Shown: positions 1-9,171 of the stretch, in pieces
Layout: each line of letters opens with the position of its first letter
Numbering within the stretch: position 1 is the first letter of the stretch
NCBI GenBank assembly: GCA_964616145.1
Contig: CAZTRD010000001.1
Span: forward strand, 68,024 to 132,023
Length of the DNA stretch: 64,000 bases
Source of the DNA: an uncultured Candidatus Saccharibacteria bacterium
Lineage (GTDB): Bacteria > Patescibacteriota > Minisyncoccia > Minisyncoccales > PEYH01
Reading direction: 5' to 3'
Notes under the pieces: generated by a model
Databases searched by the model: none
What the model was told of the DNA's origin: nothing
What the model saw: the letters and a program-made list of their open reading frames with translations, nothing else
Program-made: the position numbers and the translations under genes

Positions 1-867
1 GATGATTTGCATAAATCGGATAAAGTTAAAAAGATTATTAATCTTTTAACTGATAAAGGATATACATATTTAAAGGATAAGGCGTTTTGGTTCAGAAGCA
101 CTTCTTTTGGAGATGAAAGAGACAGGGTTTTAATTAAAAAAGACGGGCAATCTACATATCTGGCTGCAGATATTGCCTATCATTTTAATAAATTCAAAGA
201 AAGGAAATTTGATAAAGTAATTAATATCTGGGGAGCAGACCACTATGGAGATGTGGCTGGATTAAAAGCAGGAGTCAGTGCTATCGGATTTGCCAATCAA
301 TTGGAAATTATCCTTTTGCAATTTGTGACAATATACAAGGGAAATGAAATTGTAAAAATGTCTAAGAGGACTGGTACATATATCACCATGGATGAACTAT
401 TAGATATAGTAGGCAAAGACGCAGCAAGATACTTCTTCCTTTCAAGAGGAGCAGATACTCACCTTAACTTTGATATAGATTTAGCCAAACAGAAATCTGA
501 AGCTAATCCGGTCTTTTACATTCAGTATGCCTATGCTAGGATTTGCAGTGTATTAAAAAAGGCAGGAATGGTTGGCAGAAGATATGATTCTGCTTTGTTG
601 AAGGAACAGCCAGAGATTGAGCTATTAAAAATATTACCTGTTTTCCCTGAAATAATAGAAGATGTGGCAAAAACTTATCAGGTTCAGAAATTATCTCAAT
701 ATACTTTAGAGTTAGCAGGTGTTTTCCACAAATTCTACCAGGACTGCAGATTGATAGGGCAAGACAAGAAATTAAATAGAGCTCGTTTGAATCTAGCCAA
801 GGCAACTCAGATTGTTTTAAAAGAAGCATTGGATTTAATGGGAATTACTGCTTTGAAGAAAATGTAA
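1..867 (+). CDS. argS: Arginyl-tRNA synthetase, C-terminal part (5' end lies outside the window)
   Basis: Frame 1 is open from base 1. Motifs GADHYGDV, IQYAYARICSVLKK and the C-terminal anticodon-binding region are typical of ArgRS. TAA stop at 865-867. Confidence 0.9.
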   Translation, partial: DDLHKSDKVKKIINLLTDKGYTYLKDKAFWFRSTSFGDERDRVLIKKDGQSTYLAADIAYHFNKFKERKFDKVINIWGADHYGDVAGLKAGVSAIGFANQLEIILLQFVTIYKGNEIVKMSKRTGTYITMDELLDIVGKDAARYFFLSRGADTHLNFDIDLAKQKSEANPVFYIQYAYARICSVLKKAGMVGRRYDSALLKEQPEIELLKILPVFPEIIEDVAKTYQVQKLSQYTLELAGVFHKFYQDCRLIGQDKKLNRARLNLAKATQIVLKEALDLMGITALKKM

Positions 868-871
868 TAAT

Positions 872-3800
872 ATGGCAATGAATTTCTTTGAATCGGAAAA
901 ACAGATAGCAGAGTATTGGAAAGAAAACAATACATTCCAAAAGTCTTTAGAAAAAAAGGGCAAGAATTTTGTTTTCTATGAAGGCCCACCCACTGCTAAC
1001 GGAAGGCCCGGGATTCATCATATTGTTGCCAGGGCCTTTAAGGATTTAATCTGCAGATACAAAACCATGCAGGGTTTTGTGGTTCAAAGAAAAGCTGGAT
1101 GGGACACCCATGGTTTGCCAGTTGAGATAGAAACGGAAAAGAAATTGGGGCTTCGCTCTAAAAAGGAGATAGAACAGTACGGAATAGATAAATTCAATAA
1201 GAAATGCAAAGAATCGGTCTGGCAATATGTTGATGATTGGAAAGATCTGACCCAAAAGATCGGATATTGGCTGGATATGGATAATCCGTACATTACATAC
1301 GATCCTTTATATATGGAAAGCGTATGGTGGATTATCAAACAAATAGCCGATAAGGGCTTACTATATCAGGGGCATAAGGTGGTGCCATATTGTCCTCGTT
1401 GCGGAACAGCTCTTTCTTCTCATGAAGTTGCCCAGGGATATCAGACGATAAAAGAACCCTCGATTTTTATCAAATTTAGATTAAAGAAAAACAACCATAA
1501 AATATTTTCAAAATATCCTGATTTGAATTTGCTTGTTTGGACGACAACTCCATGGACGCTTCCAGCTAATGTTGCCATAGCCATAAATGAGAAGATTAAA
1601 TATATATTGATTTCTTTAAATAATGAGAAATATATTCTGGCTGAGTCAAGAAAAGAATTCATCAAGGATAAATTTGAGATTTTAGAAACATTTTCAGGAA
1701 AGGAATTAAAGGGTTTAGAATACGAGCCGTTATTTGGGAATGATTTTGATTTCGGGAAACAAAAAAACATATATAAAATACTGTCTGCTGATTTTGTCAG
1801 CACGGAAGACGGAACAGGATTGGTTCATATTGCTCCGGCATTCGGAGAAGATGATATGAATTTGATACAGGAATGGAATTCAAAGAATGATGACAAATTC
1901 CCTATCATTTTAACCGTAGATTTGGAAGGAAAATTCAAGCCAGAGATTACTAATTGGGCCGGAATGTTTGTAAAAGAAGCAGATCCATTGATCACTAAAT
2001 ATCTGCAAGGGAAGAGTAAGATATTTTTAATTCAGGAATATGAGCATGAGTATCCATTCTGCTGGAGATGTAAAACTCCTTTGCTGTATTATGCAAAAGA
2101 GAGTTGGTTTATTAAAATGAGCGCTTTAAAAGAAAAACTCCAGAAGAATAACGAGAATATTAACTGGATTCCTGGCCATGTAAAAACAGGTCGTTTCGGG
2201 GAGTGGTTGGAAGATATAAAGGACTGGGCAATTTCCAGAGAAAGATATTGGGGAACACCATTACCAATATGGAAATGCGAATGCGGGCATAAAGAAATTA
2301 TTGGTTCAAGAGAAGATTTAGCTGAACAGAAATTCAGCGATAATAAATATTTTGTCGTAAGGCATGGGCATTCTCAAAATATTGTAGAAGATTTACACTC
2401 CTCTTTCCCAGAGATGAAGGAGCTCCCTTTGACTGAAAAAGGAATTAAAGAAGTAAAGGTTATTGCTAAAAATCTAAAAAGAGAAAAAATAGATATTATT
2501 GTTTCTTCTGATATTTTGAGAACAAAACAAACAGCAGAGATTATTGCCAAGGAATTAGGATTAGAAATACAATATGACGCTCGTTTGAGAGAAACCGACT
2601 CAGGAGAATTTAACGAAAAACTTCGCAAAGATGTGATTAATTTCTTCACCCAGGAGGAAATAAACTCCCCACCCAAAAGAGCCCTAAAGAGATTTAATAA
2701 ATCCTTTCCCGGGGGAGAAACATACAGGCAAGTTAGGATAAGGCTTCTAGAGTTTTTTCGGGAAGCAGAAAAAAAATATCAGGGAAAGAATATTTTACTC
2801 GTATCCCATATCGCTTGTATATATTTAATGGAATCATCATTTAAGGGCCTGGGAGTGAAAGAAAGTGCGGATTACAGGGAAGAGTTTGATCTTAAACCGT
2901 CTGAAATTAAAAAATATGAATTTAAGGATTTTCCGTATGATGAAAATGGAGAAATAGATTTGCACAGACCATATATTGATCAGATAGAATTTAATTGCCC
3001 AAAATGTGGCAAGAAGATGAAAAGGATATCCGAAGTTATTGATTGCTGGTTTGATTCCGGTTCTATGCCGTTTTCTCAATATCATTATCCTTTTGAGAAT
3101 AGAAAGTTGATAGATAAAAAGGAACAATTCCCAGCTGATTACATTTCAGAAGGAATAGATCAAACCAGAGGTTGGTTCTATACCCTTTTAGCTATTTCTA
3201 CACTGTTAGGGAATGAATCACCATATAGAAATGTGATTGCTTTGGGGCATGTTTTGGATCAAAAAGGGCAGAAGATGTCTAAGAGCTTAGGAAATATTGT
3301 GGATCCCTGGCAGATGATAGAAAAATATGGGGCAGATGCTCTGCGCTGGTATTGTTTTACGGTTAATCAGCCAGGAGATCCTAAGCTATTCAATGAGAAT
3401 GATTTAGATCAGGCATTAAAGCAATTCCTTATGACTTTTTGGAATTGTGCTGTATTCTTAAAAACATATTCATCAGAATCAATTTCTCCAAAACCAATTG
3501 TTTCCAATATCTTGGATAAATGGATATTATCCAGATTAAACAGCGTTATTCAACAAGCCATCCTTAATCTGGATACATACGATATATCTACTGCTGGGAG
3601 ATTGATTCAAGATTTTGTTATCAATGATTTGTCTTTATGGTATGTCAGAAGATCCAGGCAAAGATTCCAACAGCCAACAAGCGGAAAGGAATTAAAAGCA
3701 TCCTGTTCCATGTTATCTTTCGTATTAATCCAAACAGCTAAGATTTGCGCTCCATTTGTTCCATTTTTAAGTGAAAGAATATATCAGGAATTGGATATGA

Positions 3801-4399
3801 TAGACAGCGTGCATTTACAGGATTGGCCAAAGATTGAAAAGAAAATGATAAATGCTGATTTGGAAAAAGAAATGGCAATAATTAGAGAAATAGCCAGTCT
3901 TGGTCTAAATCTTAGAAATCAGGCCGGGATAAAGGTAAGACAACCTTTAGGAGAGATGAAGGTGTTTGTTAAAGACAGAAAGCTTGATAGGGAATGCTTA
4001 AACATATTATCTGAAGAATTGAATGTAAAAAACATTTCAGAAGTTAAAGAAATCGTTCAAGAAAATAATTGGATTATTGGAGAAGCTTTGGGGATTAGGA
4101 TATCTTTGAATACAATAATATCAGATGAATTGAAAGAAGAAGGAACATTAAGAGATATTGTAAGGTTTATCCAAGACAGCAGGAAGAAATCAAATTGTAC
4201 TCCAAAAGACAATGTAATTCTTAATGTTGTAGTTAGCGAAACTTTAAAATTAATCTTTATCAAAAACGAGACAGAAATCCTTGCCCAGACAAGAAGCAAA
4301 GAAATTAAGTATTTTAACCAGATATCTGCCAAAACATTTGCATTTCAGCAAGAAGGAAAGATTGGAGAGGATAATGTTTGGTTGGGAATAGAGAAATAG
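872..4399 (+). CDS. ileS: Isoleucyl-tRNA synthetase, type 2, carrying a ~200-aa internal domain insertion
   Basis: 1175 aa. Class I HIGH-type motif (PPTANGRPGIHH), KMSKS (KMSKSLGN), the WISRERYWG editing/CP1 context, and Zn-knuckle CPRCG / CPKCG. Confidence 0.95.
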   Translation: MAMNFFESEKQIAEYWKENNTFQKSLEKKGKNFVFYEGPPTANGRPGIHHIVARAFKDLICRYKTMQGFVVQRKAGWDTHGLPVEIETEKKLGLRSKKEIEQYGIDKFNKKCKESVWQYVDDWKDLTQKIGYWLDMDNPYITYDPLYMESVWWIIKQIADKGLLYQGHKVVPYCPRCGTALSSHEVAQGYQTIKEPSIFIKFRLKKNNHKIFSKYPDLNLLVWTTTPWTLPANVAIAINEKIKYILISLNNEKYILAESRKEFIKDKFEILETFSGKELKGLEYEPLFGNDFDFGKQKNIYKILSADFVSTEDGTGLVHIAPAFGEDDMNLIQEWNSKNDDKFPIILTVDLEGKFKPEITNWAGMFVKEADPLITKYLQGKSKIFLIQEYEHEYPFCWRCKTPLLYYAKESWFIKMSALKEKLQKNNENINWIPGHVKTGRFGEWLEDIKDWAISRERYWGTPLPIWKCECGHKEIIGSREDLAEQKFSDNKYFVVRHGHSQNIVEDLHSSFPEMKELPLTEKGIKEVKVIAKNLKREKIDIIVSSDILRTKQTAEIIAKELGLEIQYDARLRETDSGEFNEKLRKDVINFFTQEEINSPPKRALKRFNKSFPGGETYRQVRIRLLEFFREAEKKYQGKNILLVSHIACIYLMESSFKGLGVKESADYREEFDLKPSEIKKYEFKDFPYDENGEIDLHRPYIDQIEFNCPKCGKKMKRISEVIDCWFDSGSMPFSQYHYPFENRKLIDKKEQFPADYISEGIDQTRGWFYTLLAISTLLGNESPYRNVIALGHVLDQKGQKMSKSLGNIVDPWQMIEKYGADALRWYCFTVNQPGDPKLFNENDLDQALKQFLMTFWNCAVFLKTYSSESISPKPIVSNILDKWILSRLNSVIQQAILNLDTYDISTAGRLIQDFVINDLSLWYVRRSRQRFQQPTSGKELKASCSMLSFVLIQTAKICAPFVPFLSERIYQELDMIDSVHLQDWPKIEKKMINADLEKEMAIIREIASLGLNLRNQAGIKVRQPLGEMKVFVKDRKLDRECLNILSEELNVKNISEVKEIVQENNWIIGEALGIRISLNTIISDELKEEGTLRDIVRFIQDSRKKSNCTPKDNVILNVVVSETLKLIFIKNETEILAQTRSKEIKYFNQISAKTFAFQQEGKIGEDNVWLGIEK
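2345..2950 (+). other. In-frame histidine-phosphatase (PGAM/CobC/SixA-like) domain inserted in IleRS
   Basis: YFVVRHGHSQN (RHG catalytic motif at 2360-2368), LTEKG, VSSDILRTKQTAEII, RETDSGEF, GGETY and LLVSH. The domain lies between IIGSREDLAEQ and DLHRPYIDQ, which are separated by only a short linker in type-2 IleRS as I recall it. Confidence 0.75.
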
Positions 4400-4433
4400 A
4401 TAAATACGCCTTTTTAGATTAAAATATAATATT

Positions 4434-4961
4434 ATGGAAAACAAAGGAGTTCTTAGACAAATTATCTTTGGGGCCAGACCCAAAAGAGCAGAACAGTCGC
4501 AACCGGCTAGACATGCTGTTAAAAATGTCTGGGGAGACACAAAAACATATATTCGCCAGGAAGATGCGTTAAGACAATATGTAAAAGGGAGAAATTATAT
4601 TATCGGTCCGGATGGAAGAATAACAAGGGTAGATGACGAAAAGATAAAAGAAGCTATTGGGGCAGTTTTTGGTGGCAGAGATAGACTAACTAGGGAAGAA
4701 GCCAATAGGAATATTAGACTAGGGCATAAAGATGCAAAATCTGAAAGGGCCAGAGGAATCTTGCCTAGTATGGCAGAAGAATTAAGGAAAAAAGAGAAAG
4801 TAATGGATATCTTAAAGCCCGGGCCCAGGGTAGTTAAACCAGGCATGGGAAGAGCTATTTGGAATACAGTTAGAATGGTAGCTGGCAAAGAACCAATAAT
4901 AGACAAACCAGAGCCATTAGATTCATCAGTTATCAATCAAAATACTCCTAAAATTAAATAA
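4434..4961 (+). CDS. Hypothetical basic soluble protein (175 aa)
   Basis: ORF fills the gap between ileS and the next gene. No motif recognised. Confidence 0.6.
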   Translation: MENKGVLRQIIFGARPKRAEQSQPARHAVKNVWGDTKTYIRQEDALRQYVKGRNYIIGPDGRITRVDDEKIKEAIGAVFGGRDRLTREEANRNIRLGHKDAKSERARGILPSMAEELRKKEKVMDILKPGPRVVKPGMGRAIWNTVRMVAGKEPIIDKPEPLDSSVINQNTPKIK

Positions 4962-4965
4962 TAAA

Positions 4966-6612
4966 ATGAGAAAATCAAAAAATAGAATATATCTGATTAT
5001 TGCTATTCTGTGCGTTATCCTAATAATCTTGGGAATTTGGTTTTGGAACAGAAATTCATATTCCAAGGAAACTCTTAAATTGGAGATTTTAGCTCTTGAT
5101 TCAGTAGCAGTGGGGCAGGATATGGAATATATAGTTAAATTAAAGAACAACGGAGATATCAGACTAGATAGTCCTGTTTTGACTTTTGAATTCCCCCAAT
5201 ATTCCATTCCTGAAGACGGAGGGATATTGAGAAAAACCATTGAGGGAGAAGAATTAGGCCTGGCTATTTATCCAGGGGCGGAAAAAACCTTTAAATTCAA
5301 AGGGAAACTTTTTGGACAGACAGGAGAGGGAAAAGAGGCCACTGCAATGCTTACTTACCAACCAAAGAATCTCACTGCCAAATATGTTTCTAAAACAACT
5401 CATTTAACCACAATTTCTAATGTTCCTATTACTTTTGATTTTGATATTTCTTCAGAAGTGGAATCGTCTAAACCATTAGATTTCTCTTTAAACTATTTTT
5501 CCAGCTTAAGTTTTGCTTTAAATGATATTACGATAAAAGCGGCATATCCTTCAGGATTTGTTTTTACTTCCAGCACTCCCAAAGGACTATCTCAGAATGA
5601 ATGGAGAATAAAGACATTAAATAGTGCTCAAGGAGGGAGGATAAAGATAAGCGGGGCTCTTTCCGGAGAAGTGGGAGATTCAAAAACCTTTTTAGCGGAG
5701 TTTGGCATATGGGTTAATGGAGAATATGTGATATTAAAAAAGGCCACAAAAGATATTTCTTTAACAGAACCCTCTATATATCTGGATCAGATGATAAACG
5801 GAGTTCAGGAATATTCCGCTAATCAGGGAGACAATCTGCATTATCAGATTATCTTCAGAAACATCGGAGATAAAGCAATGCAAGATTTATTCTTGACCGT
5901 AAGACTTAAAAGCGATCTGCTTGATTATACTTCTTTGAAAGCTCCTGACGGACAATTTACAGTAGGCGATAATTCTATCATGTGGGATTCAAGAAAAATA
6001 TCTTCTTTGAAATACTTGGATGCCGGAGAAGAGGGGCAAGTGGAGTTTTGGATTAATCTGAGCTCGGATAAAATCAGTTCTTCCAAAGAACCTCAAATTG
6101 AAAATGAGGTACGGCTTGGCCAAACCAAAAAGACCTTCTATACCAAGATCAATTCTAAATTAGATCTTGTTCAGGAATTGCATATTGATGATGAATTATT
6201 CGGCAGCGAAGGGCCGTTGCCTCTAAAGGTTAATCAAGAATCAACTCTTACTGCTTTCTGGAGATTGAAGAACTATTACAGTGCTTTAAAAGACATTAAG
6301 ATCAAGGCAGTTTTACCATCGTATGTTTCTTTAACTGGCCAAGTGAATCCTCAAGAGATTACCTTTGATTCGCAGACAAGGGAATTAATGTGGAATATTT
6401 CTTCCTTGGCCCAAGGAGAAGGAGTTGCTTCTCCAAAGATGGCAGGATTCCAAATTAAATTTACGCCAACAATAAACCAGAAAGGAACATCTGTCCCTAT
6501 CTTGACCAATGTGACTATTACGGCGCAAGATGACGTTACCGGAGATACAATTAATCTGACTATTCCTAATTTGGAAACCAACTATTTAGGCCAGAATGGA
6601 ACTATTCAATAA
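4966..6612 (+). CDS. Membrane-anchored hypothetical protein with repeated beta-sandwich (DUF11/CARDB-like) modules
   Basis: N-terminal TM segment (IYLIIAILCVILIILGIWFW). Recurring pattern of the type 'G..L.Y.I...N.G' (GQDMEYIVKLKNNGD, GDNLHYQIIFRNIGD). Confidence 0.7.
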   Translation: MRKSKNRIYLIIAILCVILIILGIWFWNRNSYSKETLKLEILALDSVAVGQDMEYIVKLKNNGDIRLDSPVLTFEFPQYSIPEDGGILRKTIEGEELGLAIYPGAEKTFKFKGKLFGQTGEGKEATAMLTYQPKNLTAKYVSKTTHLTTISNVPITFDFDISSEVESSKPLDFSLNYFSSLSFALNDITIKAAYPSGFVFTSSTPKGLSQNEWRIKTLNSAQGGRIKISGALSGEVGDSKTFLAEFGIWVNGEYVILKKATKDISLTEPSIYLDQMINGVQEYSANQGDNLHYQIIFRNIGDKAMQDLFLTVRLKSDLLDYTSLKAPDGQFTVGDNSIMWDSRKISSLKYLDAGEEGQVEFWINLSSDKISSSKEPQIENEVRLGQTKKTFYTKINSKLDLVQELHIDDELFGSEGPLPLKVNQESTLTAFWRLKNYYSALKDIKIKAVLPSYVSLTGQVNPQEITFDSQTRELMWNISSLAQGEGVASPKMAGFQIKFTPTINQKGTSVPILTNVTITAQDDVTGDTINLTIPNLETNYLGQNGTIQ

Positions 6613-6616
6613 ACAT

Positions 6617-7942
6617 ATGGATTTAATGGAGAAAATAATATCATTAAGCAAAAGAAGAGGTTTTATCTTTCCATCCTCTGATATATACGGAGGTTTCGGT
6701 TCCAGCTATGATTTCGGACCCTTAGGTGTTGAATTGAAAAGAAATATTAAAGAGGCCTGGTGGAAAGATATGGCTCAATTGCATTCTTCTGTTGTCGGAT
6801 TGGATGCGGCAATACTCATGTCTCCTAAGGTTTGGGAGGCCTCAGGCCATTTAAGCGTAGGATTTGCAGATGAATTGGTGGAATGCAAAGAATGCCATAG
6901 AAGGTTCAGATTAAGTGAATTAAAAGAGAAAAAATGCCCGGAATGCAAAGGAGAGCTGACAGATCCGAAACAATTTAATCTGATGATGAAAACATTTATT
7001 GGTTCTGTTGAAGATGAAAGCGCTGTCTCATACCTTAGAGCTGAGACATGCCAGGGAATATACGTTAATTTTAAAAATGTTTTGGATTCAATGAGAATGA
7101 AACTTCCTTTTGGCATTGCTCAGATTGGAAAATCATTTAGAAATGAAATAACTACGAAGAATTTCATTTTCAGAATGAGAGAATTTGAACAAATGGAAAT
7201 GCAATATTTCTGCAATCCAAAGGACGCGGACAAATGGTTTGAGTATTGGAAAGAAGAAAGATTGAAATGGTATAAGGGATTAGGACTGAATATGAAGAAC
7301 CTTAAGATACATGAAGTGCCGGAAGAAGATAGGGCCCATTATGCCAAAAGACAAATAGACATATTATATAATTTTCCTTTTGGCTGGCAGGAAATTGAAG
7401 GAATTCATAACAGGGGGGATTGGGATTTATCCCGTCATTCCAAATACAGCGGAGCTGATCTGTCATATACTGATCCGGAAACAAAAGAAAAATACATTCC
7501 ATATATTGTTGAGACATCTGTTGGTGTAGAAAGAAGCTTGCTGGCTTTTCTATGCGATGCTTACCAAGAGGTAGAAGGAGGGAGAACCACAACTACCGAA
7601 TCAACCAAAGAGATAGAAACAGTTTTGAAATTCCATCCCGGGTTGTCTCCTGTTAAGATTGCAGTTCTGCCATTGCTGAAGAATAAGCCAGAATTAATTA
7701 AGAAATCAGAAGAAATATTTGAAATATTATCCAAAGAATTTATCTGCCAATATGATGAGGCAGGAGCTATAGGAAGAAGATACAGAAGGCAAGATGAAAT
7801 AGGAACGCCATTTTGTGTAACAATAGATTTCGATTCTTCGGAGAAAAACGATGTTACTGTGAGAGACAGGGATACAATGGGGCAAGAAAGAATCCAAATT
7901 TCTGAATTAGTTAATTATTTCAAAGAAAAAATTAAAATATAG
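6617..7942 (+). CDS. glyQS: Glycyl-tRNA synthetase (dimeric class II type)
   Basis: MDLMEKIISLSKRRGFIFPSSDIYGG..YDFGPLG and class II motifs (FRNEI, GVERS). Start moved to ATG 6617, just after the upstream stop at 6612. Confidence 0.93.
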   Translation: MDLMEKIISLSKRRGFIFPSSDIYGGFGSSYDFGPLGVELKRNIKEAWWKDMAQLHSSVVGLDAAILMSPKVWEASGHLSVGFADELVECKECHRRFRLSELKEKKCPECKGELTDPKQFNLMMKTFIGSVEDESAVSYLRAETCQGIYVNFKNVLDSMRMKLPFGIAQIGKSFRNEITTKNFIFRMREFEQMEMQYFCNPKDADKWFEYWKEERLKWYKGLGLNMKNLKIHEVPEEDRAHYAKRQIDILYNFPFGWQEIEGIHNRGDWDLSRHSKYSGADLSYTDPETKEKYIPYIVETSVGVERSLLAFLCDAYQEVEGGRTTTTESTKEIETVLKFHPGLSPVKIAVLPLLKNKPELIKKSEEIFEILSKEFICQYDEAGAIGRRYRRQDEIGTPFCVTIDFDSSEKNDVTVRDRDTMGQERIQISELVNYFKEKIKI

Positions 7943-7945
7943 TAT

Positions 7946-8695
7946 ATGAAAATACTCAGAGGAATATTTTTCCTTCTTTTTATCGTAGTAGTAATAGCCA
8001 TTGTTATCCTTGGTTATCTTGGCTTTATCCCCATCCTTTCAGATTTGATGGGTTCAACCAAGCCAAGAGATCTTGGAATTAAATACACTCAAGCTGACTA
8101 TGATTCTGCAGGGGTTAAAAATAAAGTAAAGATAATAGTTGTTGATTCTGCTCCAGATATTCAATCAAGCATAATTTGTTTTGGATCTCAGGCGATAGAA
8201 GCATCTTTCACCCAGGAAGAGCTTACAGCTAGAATCAATATGAATAGCCAGAATTGGAAATATTTTCCTGTTAAAAACGTTCAAGTGAAAATCAATCAAG
8301 ATGGAACAGCAGAAAGCTCTGGATTATTGATGATTGATAATCTGGAAGGATTTGCCCAAGCAATAGGATTTGGAGATATTGATATACAAAAGGTATTATC
8401 TAAGCTTAAATTCGTTAGAAAAGAAATTCCTTTCTATGTTAATTTCACTCCAACTGTATCAGAAGGGCAGGCTAATATTATCGTTAAGAAAGCAGAGATT
8501 GGAAGATTAGCAATGCCCCAGGATTTTTCAGAACAATACAAGCAAGAAATCAATTACTATATCAGCAGGATAATCAGTTCTTCTGCTTTCCCCGGGCTAT
8601 ACGTAACCTCTATGAATCTTGATGGGGGACAGATGAATTTTAAGGGGAGGTTGCCGGAAAACATCACTACGGCTAAAGAGATTGTTGAGTTGTAA
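7946..8695 (+). CDS. Hypothetical membrane-anchored protein (249 aa)
   Basis: N-terminal TM helix. The ORF is tightly packed after glyQS. Confidence 0.6.
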   Translation: MKILRGIFFLLFIVVVIAIVILGYLGFIPILSDLMGSTKPRDLGIKYTQADYDSAGVKNKVKIIVVDSAPDIQSSIICFGSQAIEASFTQEELTARINMNSQNWKYFPVKNVQVKINQDGTAESSGLLMIDNLEGFAQAIGFGDIDIQKVLSKLKFVRKEIPFYVNFTPTVSEGQANIIVKKAEIGRLAMPQDFSEQYKQEINYYISRIISSSAFPGLYVTSMNLDGGQMNFKGRLPENITTAKEIVEL

Positions 8696-8697
8696 AA

Positions 8698-9078
8698 GTG
8701 GAAACCCCGACGGAGCCTATCAACGTCGGGGTACTGCTATTCGCTGGGAAGTATAGCTACCAGCGCGTGAACTCTAGATCTGGCATCAGGTTTCCCTGCT
8801 ATCCCGAACGGTCCCTGTCACCCGCACAGGTTGCACTTCACGCGGACCCGTCTAGGCGTTCCAGATCTATAGGGATGGTATCCTGTACTTTCCTTTGGGG
8901 GTTACCTCCGTCGAGTTCTCGACGGGTTTTTGAGTGAATCATCCCAGGTCCTTTCGGGTCGAGGGACTATCCTCGCATATACCCATCGGTTACAGAATGA
9001 TAGGGCCATCTGTTAAATCTCAATATAAGATCTAACAACTAGCCCTATCGCCATCCTTGAATTCGTATATCAATGTGC
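8698..9078 (-). ncRNA. ~380-nt GC-rich structured RNA, unclassified. It may be a divergent RNase P RNA.
   Basis: Own minus-strand promoter and terminator hairpin (8705-8712/8724-8731, then UUUCCACUUUU on the minus strand). Many GC helices. RNase P-like strings on the minus strand: AAAGGAAAGUAC (8896-8885), CUGGAACGCCUAG, AAGUGCAAC (8838-8830) and GGGUGACAGGG. I could not trace a P4/CR-V pairing. Confidence 0.55.
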
Positions 9079-9086
9079 TGATTTGA

Positions 9087-9114
9087 AGTTTAATCATATT
9101 TAAAATCTTGTCAA
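9087..9114 (-). promoter_or_regulatory. Promoter of the GC-rich ncRNA (TTGACA-16 nt-TAAACT)
   Basis: Minus strand reads TATTGACAAGATT...TAAACT. The same TATTGACAAGATT string precedes the tRNA-like operon at 14630. Confidence 0.5.
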
Positions 9115-9171
9115 TAGCCATTTTAATTTTCTTTAATTTGAGCTATAACAAAGTATTAATTTAATGTATTT

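Noticed and set aside
2345-2950. The IleRS insertion interpreted as an intein
   Set aside because: It has no N-terminal Cys/Ser/Thr nucleophile context, no C-terminal His-Asn, and no endonuclease or Hint blocks. The sequence matches a histidine-phosphatase fold instead.
8698-8937. 79-aa + strand ORF (METPTEPINVGVLL...)
   Set aside because: It lies wholly inside the GC-rich structured RNA and has no promoter or RBS. Its Arg/Ser/Pro-rich composition is typical of an open frame arising by chance in GC-rich non-coding DNA.
8698-9078. tmRNA, SRP RNA or 6S RNA identity for the 380-nt RNA
   Set aside because: There is no T-loop (GGTTCGA-type) or acceptor pairing, and no tag-peptide ORF ending in a hydrophobic Ala-rich tail, so tmRNA is unlikely. 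There is no GGAA-tetraloop/AGCA domain IV motif, so SRP RNA is unlikely. It is too long and too branched for 6S RNA.
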